Origin: an uncultured Acidobacteriota bacterium
Lineage (GTDB): Bacteria > Acidobacteriota > Vicinamibacteria > Fen-336
DNA: 64,000 nucleotides
Reading direction: 5' to 3'
NCBI GenBank assembly: GCA_963720545.1
Contig: OY970399.1
Location: 3,232,001 to 3,296,000 of the forward strand
Below the pieces are notes generated by a model. It ran no database searches and had not been told where the DNA came from. It was given only the letters and a program-made list of their open reading frames with translations. This document shows, in pieces, positions 17,185-27,380 of this stretch; position 1 is the first letter of the stretch, and each line of letters starts with the position of its first letter. A program made the position numbers and the translations under genes.

Positions 17185-18560
17185 GCGCTGGCGCCTTCGT
17201 TTCGACCGTAGCCGGTGGTCACCGCGATTGCCACTGCGGCGAGCAAGAACCATGAATAGAAGTTGTGGACGCCGATGGCGCCGGCGGAGAGGTGCGGCAT
17301 GCCCGCCGCCGCGCCAGCAGCCGTGGTGCCCGCGGCGAGGATCGTCGGCAGGAAGTACGGGAACAGGAACGGGTACGTGCACACCGTCATGTCGAGCAGG
17401 TTGGCGCGGCGATACGCCGAGATGCCGAAGCGCTCGCCGGTGGCGCGCGTGAACGGGCCGACGGCGAGCATGGCGACGACGCTGTGGGTGGTGAGCAGCA
17501 CCGCTCCGGAGACGGCGCCGACGATCCACAGTTCGGCGCCGCGCGGCGAGCGCGTGCGCGCGGCCGCGAACGCGACGAGACGCGGCAGCGTCTCGGTTGC
17601 CTGCAGGCTCGCCACCAGGCCGGCGAGGAACAGCGTGAACACGGAAACGCCGACGCCGCGCTCGAGGCCCTCGACCAGCACGCCGCGCCCGCCGAACTGG
17701 CTGCGGTCCACGTGGAAGAGGGCGCCTGGCGAAACCAGGCCGAGGGCCAGCGACACCACGACTGCGAGCAGGATGCCAAGCAGCAAGCCCTCGACCAGGT
17801 GGCGCTTGTTGAGCAACATCGCGACCACGAACACCGGCACGACCACGAGCGGCAGGCCGCGGTGGCTGGCCAGCGTGCCAACGACGCCGCCCGCTGATGC
17901 GCTTCCGGACGTGCCGCCGAACGCCGCGTAGATCGCGAGCGCGGCGAACGCAGCCGGCAACGCGTACTTCATGCGGCTGCGCACCACGCCGCCGATGTCG
18001 GCGCCCTGCGTGCCCGCGGACGCGATGGTGGTGTCGGAGATGGGCGAGAGGCTGTCGCCGAAGGTCGCGCCCGCGAGGATCCCGCCGGCGAGCCACACTG
18101 CGCTGGCGCCGAGCGCACCGCCCGCCGGGTAGAGGAGCGGACCGCAGATGAGGATGGTGCCGAAGCTGGTGCCGGTGGACATCGACACCAGGCAGCACGC
18201 GGCAAACGCCGCGCACACGTAGCCGGCCCCGGTCAGGTGCAGGCTCTGTGCCGCCCAGACGAGCGCCTCGACGAATCCCGCGGCTGCCAGCAGCGCGCTG
18301 AGGGCACCCGACAGCAGCCACGCCAGGATCATGATCATCACGATCGGCTGGCTCATGCCGTCGATGAGCGTTTCGCAATAGCGGGTGCGATCGCGCGCCA
18401 GCAGCAGGCCGAGGATGAGCGCCGCAAGCAGCACCGGCCACAGGCCGCGCTCATCGGGCGCGCCCGTGAGGCCGAGCCAGGCGACCCCGGCCACGAACAA
18501 CAGAAAGGGCACCAGCGAGCCCGGGATGCCGAGATGGAAACGGAGCGGTGGCGATGCCAA
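17181..18560 (-). CDS. NhaC-family antiporter/amino acid transporter
   Basis: STGTSFGT and GATFGDSLSPISDTTIASA (NhaC signature), RRANLLD. TTG start at 18560 is inferred. Confidence 0.88.
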   Translation of the reverse strand: MASPPLRFHLGIPGSLVPFLLFVAGVAWLGLTGAPDERGLWPVLLAALILGLLLARDRTRYCETLIDGMSQPIVMIMILAWLLSGALSALLAAAGFVEALVWAAQSLHLTGAGYVCAAFAACCLVSMSTGTSFGTILICGPLLYPAGGALGASAVWLAGGILAGATFGDSLSPISDTTIASAGTQGADIGGVVRSRMKYALPAAFAALAIYAAFGGTSGSASAGGVVGTLASHRGLPLVVVPVFVVAMLLNKRHLVEGLLLGILLAVVVSLALGLVSPGALFHVDRSQFGGRGVLVEGLERGVGVSVFTLFLAGLVASLQATETLPRLVAFAAARTRSPRGAELWIVGAVSGAVLLTTHSVVAMLAVGPFTRATGERFGISAYRRANLLDMTVCTYPFLFPYFLPTILAAGTTAAGAAAGMPHLSAGAIGVHNFYSWFLLAAVAIAVTTGYGRNEGASA

Positions 18561-18581
18561 GGGCGCGGCTATGCTACCGCG

Positions 18582-18941
18582 ATGAAGAAGGCCGCCGCCC
18601 GCGACTCGTTCACGCTCTACGACCTGCGGGTCGAGGTGGTTGCAACGCCGGGCCGGCGCATGGTGTGCAACCATCGCGCGGGCGACTCCTTCACGCTCTC
18701 TGGCGAGAACCTGTCGCTGCCGCCGGGCCAGACGTTCCCCATCTACCCGCTCGCGGCGCTGCTGCCGCTGCTCACCGCCAAGCAGCGCCCCACGCACCGC
18801 AACGACTGGATGACGACCGATGCGCTCATCGCTTGCCCCGACCCGCACTGCGGCGGCCGGTTCCGCATCGTGCGCATCCGCCGCCGGCGCTTCCGCCACG
18901 CCGAAGTCTCGGCCGTGCCGCTGCGGGCGAAACGCCGTTGA
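18582..18941 (+). CDS. TIGR04076-family protein
   Basis: FTLYDLRVEV..MVCNH..GDSF..GENL..LLPLL.AKQR..DWM..IACPDPHCG pattern. Confidence 0.8.
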   Translation: MKKAAARDSFTLYDLRVEVVATPGRRMVCNHRAGDSFTLSGENLSLPPGQTFPIYPLAALLPLLTAKQRPTHRNDWMTTDALIACPDPHCGGRFRIVRIRRRRFRHAEVSAVPLRAKRR

Positions 18942-18943
18942 AG

Positions 18944-19972
18944 ATGCAACGCATTGCGCTGGCGCCCGGCTACGAGGTCTCGCGCATCGTCAAGGGCTCG
19001 TGGCAGCTCGCCGGCGGTCATGGTGCCGTTGACGCGGACGCCGCCATCGCGGACATGCGCCTCTACGCCGAGGCCGGCATCACCACCTTCGATTGCGCCG
19101 ACATCTACACCGGCGTCGAGGAGCGCATCGGCGCCTTCCGCGCCGCATACCCGCGGCTCGCGCAGGACGTGCAGGTGCACACCAAGTACGTCCCGGACCT
19201 CGGCGACCTGCATGGCCTCGACGCGCGCGCCATCGAAGCCGCCATCGACCGCTCGCTGCGCCGGCTGCGCGTGGACATGCTCGACCTCGTGCAGTTCCAC
19301 TGGTGGGACTACGATGCGCCCGGTTATCTGGCTGCGGCGCAGGTGCTCGGCGAGCTGCGCCAGAAGGGCAAGATCCGCAACGTCGGCGCCACCAACTTCG
19401 ATACCGGCCACTTGGGCGAGCTGCTGGATGCCGGTGTGCCGATCGTCTCCCATCAGGTGCAGTACTCCCTCCTCGACCGCCGTCCCGCGGCGGCGATGAC
19501 GGCGCTGTGCCGCGAGCGCGGCGTGGCGCTCATCGCCTACGGCGCCGTCCTCGGCGGCTTCTTCGCGGAACGCTGGCTCGGCGCCGCGGCGCCGCACGAA
19601 CCGCTCGAGAACCGGTCGCTCGTGAAGTACCGGCTGATCATCGAGGAGTTCGGCGGCTGGGCCGCGTTTCAGGAGGTGCTGCGACTAGCCGCGGACATCG
19701 GCCGCAAGCATTCGGTGTCGGCCGCGGCCGTGAGCATCGCCTGGACGCTCGCGCAGCCCGCGGTCGCGGCGGTGATCGCCGGCGCCCGGCACCGCCGCCA
19801 TCTCGACGACACGCTGGCCACCGGTTCCGTCCGCCTCGACGCGCACGACCTGCAGGTCCTGGGAGATGCGGCAGCCGCCGCGCCCGGACCCTCGGGCGAT
19901 ACCTACGCCCTCGAGCGCGTCGCGGGCGGGCGCCACGCGCGCATCATGAAGACCGGGTTGAACGCCTCTTAG
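18944..19972 (+). CDS. Aldo/keto reductase
   Basis: GSWQLAGGHG, FDCADIY, VHTK, LDLVQFHWW, GKIRNVGATNF, QVQYSLLDRR. Confidence 0.92.
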   Translation: MQRIALAPGYEVSRIVKGSWQLAGGHGAVDADAAIADMRLYAEAGITTFDCADIYTGVEERIGAFRAAYPRLAQDVQVHTKYVPDLGDLHGLDARAIEAAIDRSLRRLRVDMLDLVQFHWWDYDAPGYLAAAQVLGELRQKGKIRNVGATNFDTGHLGELLDAGVPIVSHQVQYSLLDRRPAAAMTALCRERGVALIAYGAVLGGFFAERWLGAAAPHEPLENRSLVKYRLIIEEFGGWAAFQEVLRLAADIGRKHSVSAAAVSIAWTLAQPAVAAVIAGARHRRHLDDTLATGSVRLDAHDLQVLGDAAAAAPGPSGDTYALERVAGGRHARIMKTGLNAS

Positions 19973-20855
19973 GGTCTTTCTCGTTCTGCGGCGCCTTCTC
20001 GAACCAGCGCGGCCCGGAGGTGTACTCCTCTTCACTCTGCCGCAGCTGCACCAGCGCCTTCTTCGGCCGCACCTGCGCACAAGCAACCAGGATGCCGTTC
20101 AGCAGCGCCATCGGCGCCGCGTACGAACCGGCGAAGGAATCGCCGCCGATCGGCGCCAGCAGGTAGCTGTCGGACTTGCGCGCGATCGCGGTGGTGTCGC
20201 TGTCGGTGATGCCGAAGGTCGGCACGCGCTGGGCGCTGGCGCGCTCGACCGCCAGCACCGTCTCGCGCAGGCAACGCCCGAAGCTGATGGCGATGAGCAG
20301 GTCCTTGGGCGTCAGGATGCGCACCTTGTGGTGCAGGTTGCCCGAGCTCGGCACCGGCGCCTCGATGTTGAAGCCGAGCGGCAGGAGCCCGTAGGCAAGG
20401 AACCAGGCGAGCGAGTGCGCGATGTCGGCGCCCACCACCAGCACCCGCCGCGAGGCGTGGATGCGGCGCGCGAGCGCCAGGAACGCGTTCGGGTCGAGCA
20501 CCGCGCGCAGCGCCTCGATGTTGGCCACGTCCTTGTCGATGCTGTGGCTGATGTGGTCGGCGGCGCTGCGCCGCTCGCGCACGCTCGCCTCGAGGATGCG
20601 GTAGGGCGTGATGCGCGAGACGAAGTGCGCGCGCAGGTCGGCGGCGAAGTCGGCGTAGCGCTTGTAACCGAGCGCCTGGATGGTGCGCACGATGGTCGCG
20701 GGGTCCACCTTGTAGCGCCGCGCCAGCGCCCGCGACGACAGGAAGTAGGTTTCGTCGGGCGACTCGAGGGTGCGGTGGATGAGGCGCCGCCGTCCGGGGC
20801 TCAGCTTGTCGCCGGCCTGCGCCAGGCGGCTCTCGATCGTAGTGCTCGCGGCCAT
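19944..20855 (-). CDS. MurR/RpiR-family transcriptional regulator (HTH + SIS)
   Basis: LSSRALARRYKVDPATIVRTIQALGY HTH; DLLIAISF..GITDS SIS domain. Confidence 0.9.
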   Translation of the reverse strand: MAASTTIESRLAQAGDKLSPGRRRLIHRTLESPDETYFLSSRALARRYKVDPATIVRTIQALGYKRYADFAADLRAHFVSRITPYRILEASVRERRSAADHISHSIDKDVANIEALRAVLDPNAFLALARRIHASRRVLVVGADIAHSLAWFLAYGLLPLGFNIEAPVPSSGNLHHKVRILTPKDLLIAISFGRCLRETVLAVERASAQRVPTFGITDSDTTAIARKSDSYLLAPIGGDSFAGSYAAPMALLNGILVACAQVRPKKALVQLRQSEEEYTSGPRWFEKAPQNEKDPKRRSTRSS

Positions 20856-21005
20856 TGGAGGTTCCTGACGGGCCAGTTTTTGGGGCTTGGTCCGCGGGAT
20901 GTTAACCCAAACATTCATTGGAACGATCGGCGCCGCACCCGCGTAGGGCTGTTGACGGTACGCCCGCGGGCTTCGACTAACATGGAGGGCTTCGAGGAGC
21001 GATAG

Positions 21006-21527
21006 ATGATGCGCATGCGACTTGAGCCGGTCCTGTTGTCGTTGCTGGTCGTAAGCGCCGCCGCAGCACCAATGGCGCGCGCCCAGGCGGCCGACCCCCA
21101 TGACCACGCCGCGGGGGAGCCCACACCGGGGCCGGCGCCCGGCGAACAGATCAAGGACTTCTCGGTGCAGACGCTCACCGGCAGCACCCAGCCGGTGGTC
21201 ATCTCCAAGACCCAGCCCACGGTGATCCTGTTCTTCTCGTCGGGCTGCCCGGTGTGCCGGCGCATGCTGCCGATCTGGAACGAGCAGCTCACGAAGAAGC
21301 CGAAGAACCTCACCGTCCTCGGCCTGCTCACCGACCGCGAGCCACCGGAGTTCTTCAACATGTTCCCGGTCAGCTTCCCGGTGGTGCGCGCCTCGCGCGA
21401 GCTGATGGCGAGCTTCAAGGTGGCGCGCGTGCCGATGACCATCCGCATCAAGCCCGGCGGCATCGTCGAGTCCACGGCGGTCGGCATCCTCGACCCGATC
21501 AAGCTCGGCGAGATGTTCCGCCCCTAG
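21006..21527 (+). CDS. Exported thioredoxin-like (TlpA/redoxin) protein
   Basis: Signal peptide, FFSSGCPVCRRMLP (CxxC), cis-Pro motif RVPMT. Confidence 0.8.
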   Translation: MMRMRLEPVLLSLLVVSAAAAPMARAQAADPHDHAAGEPTPGPAPGEQIKDFSVQTLTGSTQPVVISKTQPTVILFFSSGCPVCRRMLPIWNEQLTKKPKNLTVLGLLTDREPPEFFNMFPVSFPVVRASRELMASFKVARVPMTIRIKPGGIVESTAVGILDPIKLGEMFRP

Positions 21528-21528
21528 C

Positions 21529-22467
21529 GTGGCAGACACCGACACCGAGCTCGTCGCGTTCGATGCGCTGGGCGTCAGCTACGGAGCCCACCCGGCTCTG
21601 GCATCGGTCACCGGGACGTTCGGCAACGGCGCCACTGGCCTCCTCGGGCCGAACGGCGCCGGCAAGACGACGCTGCTGAAGACGCTGCTCGGTTTCCTCA
21701 CGCCGTCCACCGGCAGCGTGCGCGCCTTCGGCATCGACCCGGTGCGCGCCCCGCTCGAGGTGCGCCGGCGCATCGGCTACATGCCCGAGTCCGACTGCCA
21801 CATTCCCGGAATGACGGCGAGCGCCTTCGTTGCCTTTGCCGGCGAGCTCTCCGGCATGCCGCGCGGCGACGCCATCAGCCGCGCCCACGAGGTGCTCTAT
21901 TACGTCGGCCTCGAGGAGGCGCGCTACCGCACCGTCGACACCTACTCGGCGGGCATGAAGCAGCGGGTCAAGCTGGCGCAGGCGCTCGTCCACGACCCCG
22001 ACCTGCTGCTGCTCGACGAGCCGACGAACGGGCTCGACCCGAATGGACGCGACGAGATGCTGGCCCTCATCGTGGACATCCGCGACCGCCGGCAGATGAA
22101 CCTGGTGCTGTGCTCGCACCTGCTGCGCGACGTCGAACAGGTCTGCGACCGCGTCATCGTCTTCAACCAGGGCAAGGTGGCGGCGGCCGGGCGCATCGCC
22201 GACCTCACCGGACCGCGGCGCGCGGCGTTCGACGTGCGGGTGAAGGGCGAGATGACGGCGCTGCTCACCGACCTCAAGGACAGCGGCTGCGAGTGGAGCG
22301 AGGGCGAGGACGGCTACCGCATCTTCGTGCCCGAGGGGCAGGGAGCCGAGCTCATCTTCCGCACCGCCGCCGAGTGCTCGGTGCAGGTGCGCTACCTGCG
22401 ACCCGGCAACGAAACCCTCGAGGACGTGTTCCTGCGCGCGCTCGACGACGGCACGCCGGCGGCCTGA
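21529..22467 (+). CDS. ABC transporter ATP-binding protein (ABC-2 type)
   Basis: GPNGAGKT, YSAGMKQR, LLLDEP, SH switch. Confidence 0.95.
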   Translation: MADTDTELVAFDALGVSYGAHPALASVTGTFGNGATGLLGPNGAGKTTLLKTLLGFLTPSTGSVRAFGIDPVRAPLEVRRRIGYMPESDCHIPGMTASAFVAFAGELSGMPRGDAISRAHEVLYYVGLEEARYRTVDTYSAGMKQRVKLAQALVHDPDLLLLDEPTNGLDPNGRDEMLALIVDIRDRRQMNLVLCSHLLRDVEQVCDRVIVFNQGKVAAAGRIADLTGPRRAAFDVRVKGEMTALLTDLKDSGCEWSEGEDGYRIFVPEGQGAELIFRTAAECSVQVRYLRPGNETLEDVFLRALDDGTPAA

Positions 22468-22470
22468 ACG

Positions 22471-23319
22471 ATGCCCATCTACGAGCAGACGTATCGCCGC
22501 TACGAGGCTCGCGCGCCGCTGCGCACCACGCGCTTCTGGCCGATCACCCGCGAGGGGCTGCGCCTCATCTACTCGAAGAAGGCGTTCATCTTCCTCACGC
22601 TCCTGTGCCTGCTGCCGCTCGTCGTCTACGTCATCCAGGTCTTCATCGTGACGCGCTTCCCGGACGCGAGCCGCATCCTGCCGCTCGACGCGTCGCTCTT
22701 CGGCCGCTTCCTCTCGGGACAGATCGGCCCGGCCATGCTGCTTGCGGTGTTCGCCGGCGCCGGCCTCGTGGCCAACGACCTGCGCACCGGCGCCATCCTC
22801 GCCTACCTGTCGCGCCCGTTGACGCGCCGCGACTACATCGCCGGCAAGCTCGGCATCGTCCTGGCGCTCACCCTGTCGGTGACGGCCGTGGCCGGGATCT
22901 TCCTGTACCTGGTCGCGGTGGCGCTGGCCCCGGACCGCTTCCTCACGTGGCAGTTGTGGTGGCTGGGTCCGGCCGTGCTCCTCTACGGCACGGTCACCGC
23001 GCTCGTCTTCAGCCTGCTGATCCTCGCCATCTCGGCGCTGGCACGCAGCGCGCGCATCGCCGGGCTCGGCGCCTTCGGCCTGGTGGTCGCGCTCGAGATC
23101 GCGAATGGCATCCTGCGCAACGTCTACGACACGCAGTGGACCAGCATCCTCTCGATCACCTCCAACCTGCGCGCGCTCGGGGTCGCGCTCTTCGGCGTGG
23201 ACGCGCGGCGCTTCGAGGCGATGCCGTGGCCGCTCGCGGCCGGTGCGCTCGCCGTCATCGCCGTTGCCTCGCTCCTCATCCTGCGCTCGCGGGTGCGCGC
23301 CGTGGAGATCGTGAAGTGA
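22471..23319 (+). CDS. ABC-2 permease
   Basis: About 6 TM segments; DLRTGAILAYLSRPLTRRDYIAGK. Confidence 0.88.
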   Translation: MPIYEQTYRRYEARAPLRTTRFWPITREGLRLIYSKKAFIFLTLLCLLPLVVYVIQVFIVTRFPDASRILPLDASLFGRFLSGQIGPAMLLAVFAGAGLVANDLRTGAILAYLSRPLTRRDYIAGKLGIVLALTLSVTAVAGIFLYLVAVALAPDRFLTWQLWWLGPAVLLYGTVTALVFSLLILAISALARSARIAGLGAFGLVVALEIANGILRNVYDTQWTSILSITSNLRALGVALFGVDARRFEAMPWPLAAGALAVIAVASLLILRSRVRAVEIVK

Positions 23320-24227
23320 TCGAGTTCACGCGCGCGTCGCGCTGGTACGGATCGGTCATCGCCCTCAACGACGTCACGGCGTCCGTCGGTCCGGGGATCA
23401 CCGGACTCCTCGGGCCGAACGGGGCGGGGAAGTCCACCTTCCTGAAGCTCGCGGCCGGGCAATTGCAGCCGAGCCAGGGCGAGGTGAAGGTGAAGGGCGA
23501 GGCCGCGTGGCGCTCGCCGGGAATCTTCCACGAAGTGGGCCTGTGCCCTGACATCGACTCGTTCTGGGAGCACCTCACCGGCGCGCAGTTCCTGATGTTC
23601 CTGCTGCGCCTCAGCGGTTTCGACGACGCCGAGTGCCGCCGTCGCAGCGACGAGGCGCTGCAAACGGTCGATCTCGAGGCGGCGCGCGACCGCAAGATCG
23701 GCGCCTACAGCAAGGGAATGCGCCAGCGCATCAAGCTGGCGCAGGCGCTCGCGCACGATCCCGACGTGCTGCTGCTCGACGAACCGCTCACCGGCATGGA
23801 CCCGGTGAACCGCAAGCGCTCGGTGGAACTGGTGAAGGGCCTGGCGCGCCGCGGCAAGACCATCCTGGTGTCGAGCCACGTGCTCCACGAGGTCGAGTCG
23901 ATGACCCGCCAGGTGCTGCTGATCTTCAACGGCCGCATCCTCGCCGAAGGCGACGTGCGCGAGATCCGCGACCTGATGGACGAACACCCGCACACTGTGG
24001 CGGTGCGCGCCCGCGACCCGCGGCGGCTCGCGCGCCACATCGTGGACGCGCCGCACATCCTCTCGATGTCGTTCGGCGCGGAAGGCGAGTGGCTGACCGT
24101 GCAGACGGCGCGGCCCGACGAGCTCTACGGAGCGCTGCAGCAAGGCGCCGCCGAGGCCGGCGTCAGCGAGCTCTATTCGCCCGACGAAGACCTGGGCTCG
24201 GTGTTTCGCTACCTGGTGGCGCGTTGA
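23316..24227 (+). CDS. ABC transporter ATP-binding protein (second copy)
   Basis: GTG start overlapping the upstream stop; GPNGAGKST, YSKGMRQR, LLLDEP, SSH. Confidence 0.93.
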   Translation: MIEFTRASRWYGSVIALNDVTASVGPGITGLLGPNGAGKSTFLKLAAGQLQPSQGEVKVKGEAAWRSPGIFHEVGLCPDIDSFWEHLTGAQFLMFLLRLSGFDDAECRRRSDEALQTVDLEAARDRKIGAYSKGMRQRIKLAQALAHDPDVLLLDEPLTGMDPVNRKRSVELVKGLARRGKTILVSSHVLHEVESMTRQVLLIFNGRILAEGDVREIRDLMDEHPHTVAVRARDPRRLARHIVDAPHILSMSFGAEGEWLTVQTARPDELYGALQQGAAEAGVSELYSPDEDLGSVFRYLVAR

Positions 24228-25030
24228 CGACGCGCAAGCCGGTGGTGCCGTTCCTGCGCGCCGCGAAAGCGGTGTTCGACCTGAGCCTCGAGGGCATGCT
24301 CGGCAGCCGCCGCAGCCTGGTGATGGGCATCCTGCTGGGCCTGCCGCTGCTGTTTGCGCTCATCTACCGGCTGGTGCTCGCGAGCAAGCTGCCGCCGCAA
24401 GTGACGCCGTTCGACCTCTACGGCATCATCGTCGCCTTTTACTACGTGCGCAACGTGATCCCGCTGGCCGCGCTCTTCCACGGCAGCTCGCTGATCGCCG
24501 ACGAGGTCGAGGGCAAGACCATCACCTATCTCCTCAGCCGGCCGGTCTCGCGTGTTTCGATCTTCTGCGGCAAGTTCGCGGCGTACGTGGTCGCAACACT
24601 CGCGCTCGCGCTGCCCGGCCTCGTCCTCACCTACGTCCTGCTGATGACGGGCTCCGGCTGGGGCGGCCTCGCCCGGGGGCTTCCCGACCTGTGGCGCGAC
24701 GCCGCGGTCCTGGCCCTGGGCCTCGTGGTCTACGGCGCCTTCTTCGCGCTCCTCGGCGTGCTGCTGAAGCGGCCGACGATCGCCGGGCTGCTGTTCCTGT
24801 TCGGCTGGGAGTTGCTCGCAAACCTGCCCGGCTACATGCCGCGGTTCACGATCACCGCCTACCTGCGCTCCCTCACCCGCCACCGGCCGCCCGACGAGGG
24901 GCTGGCGCAGCTGTTCGGCCAGGTGCTGCCCGTCGGCGACTGCCTGCTGGCCCTGGCGGGGATCTTCGCCTTCTGCCTGGGGGCAGGAATCTGGATCTTT
25001 TCGAGCCGTGAATACGTTCTCGATCAGTAG
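24224..25030 (+). CDS. ABC-2 permease (second copy)
   Basis: About 6 TM segments; EVEGKTITYLLSRPVSR..GK. Start inferred (TTG 24224 or GTG near 24242). Confidence 0.87.
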   Translation: MTTRKPVVPFLRAAKAVFDLSLEGMLGSRRSLVMGILLGLPLLFALIYRLVLASKLPPQVTPFDLYGIIVAFYYVRNVIPLAALFHGSSLIADEVEGKTITYLLSRPVSRVSIFCGKFAAYVVATLALALPGLVLTYVLLMTGSGWGGLARGLPDLWRDAAVLALGLVVYGAFFALLGVLLKRPTIAGLLFLFGWELLANLPGYMPRFTITAYLRSLTRHRPPDEGLAQLFGQVLPVGDCLLALAGIFAFCLGAGIWIFSSREYVLDQ

Positions 25031-25060
25031 AGCTACCATGGCTTTGCTGGAGGATTTTTC

Positions 25061-26146
25061 ATGACCCGCACCCGCGGCCTCGTTTACACGCTGTTCGGCA
25101 TCAGCGCCCTGGGCCTCGCGCTCGCGAGCGCGTCGTTCTTCACCGGCTCCGCGCGCGCCGCGGTCGGTCCGATGCCGGCCGAAGCGCTGGCCCTGCCGGC
25201 CGATGCCACCTTCGTCATCGGCGTCGACGTCCACAAGTTCGTGAGCAGCCCGCTCTACGTGCGCCACAAGGAACAGGCCGGTGCGGGGCGGATCGATGCG
25301 CTGCGCGAGCTGCAGGAGAAGGCCGGCCTCGACCCCGAGAAGGACATCGACCAGATCGTCATCGCCGGCAGCCACAAGGACCAGGCTGGCGCGGCGCTCG
25401 TCATCGGCCGGTTCGACCGCACCCGCATCCAGCAGGCGGTGGAGGCGAGCAGCAAGGGCAAGGCCACCTGGAAGAACCAGGGCGGCACCACCATCTACAT
25501 GTTCGACGAGGGCAGGAAGGGGCCATCGGCGCTCGCGTTCATCGCCGACAACACCCTCGCGATCGGTACGCAGTCGAGTGTCGAGTCGATCGCCGCCAAC
25601 ACCGCGGCGCCGGGCAAGGGGTTGAAGGCCAACGCCTCGCTGCTCAAGCTGGTCGAGGGCGTCGCACCGGGCTCGACCTTCTGGATGGTGGGCGACCAGA
25701 GCCTCCTCTCGGGCCTCTCCGGGCCGCACCAGCGAAATCCCGCGCCCTCCCTGCGGCCGGCTTCGATCGAGGTGGGGGCGCCCGCTGCCGGACCCGCGGG
25801 CCCGTCGGGCCCCGAGAATTTCTTGGCCGGCCTGCCGCCGCTCAAGAGCATCGTCGTCACCGGCGACCTCGATCCGGTGGTCAGCTTCCACGCAGCGGGT
25901 GAAGCCGCCGACGCCGCGACCGCCGGCAAGCTCGCCGACGTGCTGCGCGGGTTCCTGGCGCTGGCGCAGCTGCAGGCGGCGCAGAAGCCGGAGTTCAAGG
26001 ACCTGGCAACCGCCGTGAGCGTGACGCAGGACCAGCAGAAGGTGCTGATCAACGGGCGCTTTCCCTACGAGCTGCTGGATGCGCTGCAGCCGCGCAAGCC
26101 AGCCAAAGCGGCAGCGCCGGCCGCGGCCCCCAAGCCCGGCGTCTAG
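25061..26146 (+). CDS. Exported hypothetical protein (DUF3352-like)
   Basis: GGAGG RBS, signal/anchor, then LALPADATFVIGVD..AGLDPEKDID pattern. Confidence 0.65.
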   Translation: MTRTRGLVYTLFGISALGLALASASFFTGSARAAVGPMPAEALALPADATFVIGVDVHKFVSSPLYVRHKEQAGAGRIDALRELQEKAGLDPEKDIDQIVIAGSHKDQAGAALVIGRFDRTRIQQAVEASSKGKATWKNQGGTTIYMFDEGRKGPSALAFIADNTLAIGTQSSVESIAANTAAPGKGLKANASLLKLVEGVAPGSTFWMVGDQSLLSGLSGPHQRNPAPSLRPASIEVGAPAAGPAGPSGPENFLAGLPPLKSIVVTGDLDPVVSFHAAGEAADAATAGKLADVLRGFLALAQLQAAQKPEFKDLATAVSVTQDQQKVLINGRFPYELLDALQPRKPAKAAAPAAAPKPGV

Positions 26147-26171
26147 CCAGACTCGGCGGCGCGACCGCCCT

Positions 26172-26201
26172 TGACCCGGCCGGAGCGGTCCCGCCGGGTC
26201 A
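26172..26201. terminator. Hairpin between convergent genes
   Basis: TGACCCGGC..GCCGGGTCA 9-bp inverted repeat; no U-tract. Confidence 0.4.
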
Positions 26202-27308
26202 GTAGTTGTAGCGCAGTTCGACGCGGAAGCGCTTCACCCAGCGGTCCTGTTCGACCGCCACGAAGCTGTCCTTGAAGCGGATCTTCTGTGCCACGCCGTG
26301 CAGGCTGGCCTTGGCGGCGATGCGCGTGCCGACGTCGATGCGATGGCCTTCCCAGCCCGTCTGCCAGAAGAAGTCGTCACCGGCGTAGGCGGCGAGCGTC
26401 GCGTCGCGGTCGACTTGCGCGAAGGTGTATTCGGCGCGCAGCGGGCTCCTCTGCACGGAACCGATGGCGGCCGCCAGCCACAGCCCCTTCTTGCGCTCCT
26501 CGTCCGCCTCGAGGTTGATGCAGTAGTCGGCGGTCAGCTGCGCCGGCAGGCTGCCGCTCGACTGCAGGCGGCCAACGATGTCGACCACGTGATAGCGCGT
26601 GGCCAGGCCGGGACCCTCCGGCGCGCGGCTGTTCTGGCGCAGCAGGAAGACGGGCAGTGAGCTTGCGTTGTTGAAGCGGATGTAGGAGCCGCTCAACTCG
26701 AAGCGCGACTGCGCGCCCGACTGCACGCCCAGCGTCGCCGAGGCGACGAGCATGTCCACGTCGTTGTCGTCGAAGACATGGCTGCCCTTCGCCCCGAGCA
26801 CCGTGAGGCCGAACTTCGTATTGCCGCCGGCGTCGAGCGCGCGGATGCTCAGCGCCGCGCCCTGCGGCCGCAGGTCCTTGTCCCAGGTCATCTCGGTGAG
26901 CGGCACCGGCATGACGAAGCGGCCGGCCTCGAGCTTGATGTTCTGCGACGGATTGAGGCTCGCGTAGGCGAGGTCGAGGCGGAAGTTGCGCGAGTTGTAG
27001 TTGTCGCGCAGCAGCGTCGGCGGCGCCGCGTCCTCGTCGAAGTTGTGGTCGCTGCCCAGGTTGAGGTCGGCGCCGAGGCCGAACGAGAACGAGCGCGCCG
27101 TGACCTCGAAGCGGGGACGGAAGTTGACGAGGCGCCGGCTCTGGTCGACGCTGTCGTCGGGCGCCACGAAGATGTCGCGCGTCCATTCCTGGCGGAGGAT
27201 GGCGTCGGCATGCAGCTCGCCGCCGAGCGAAGTCTGCGACTGCGACTGGGCATCCGCGGATGCCGCGCCCAACAGACAAAAACCCGCCAGCATCAAGCAC
27301 TTGCGCAT
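26199..27308 (-). CDS. Outer-membrane beta-barrel (putative porin)
   Basis: Signal peptide, RLDLAYA..AGRF..WDKDLRPQG, amphipathic strands, C-terminal RVELRYNY. Confidence 0.8.
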   Translation of the reverse strand: MRKCLMLAGFCLLGAASADAQSQSQTSLGGELHADAILRQEWTRDIFVAPDDSVDQSRRLVNFRPRFEVTARSFSFGLGADLNLGSDHNFDEDAAPPTLLRDNYNSRNFRLDLAYASLNPSQNIKLEAGRFVMPVPLTEMTWDKDLRPQGAALSIRALDAGGNTKFGLTVLGAKGSHVFDDNDVDMLVASATLGVQSGAQSRFELSGSYIRFNNASSLPVFLLRQNSRAPEGPGLATRYHVVDIVGRLQSSGSLPAQLTADYCINLEADEERKKGLWLAAAIGSVQRSPLRAEYTFAQVDRDATLAAYAGDDFFWQTGWEGHRIDVGTRIAAKASLHGVAQKIRFKDSFVAVEQDRWVKRFRVELRYNY

Positions 27309-27380
27309 GTTTAGCTCCGCCGTCGATTGTAGCAGGCCCCCCGCGCCCAGGATCCTGCTCGCCACTAAGATAGCCGCGGC

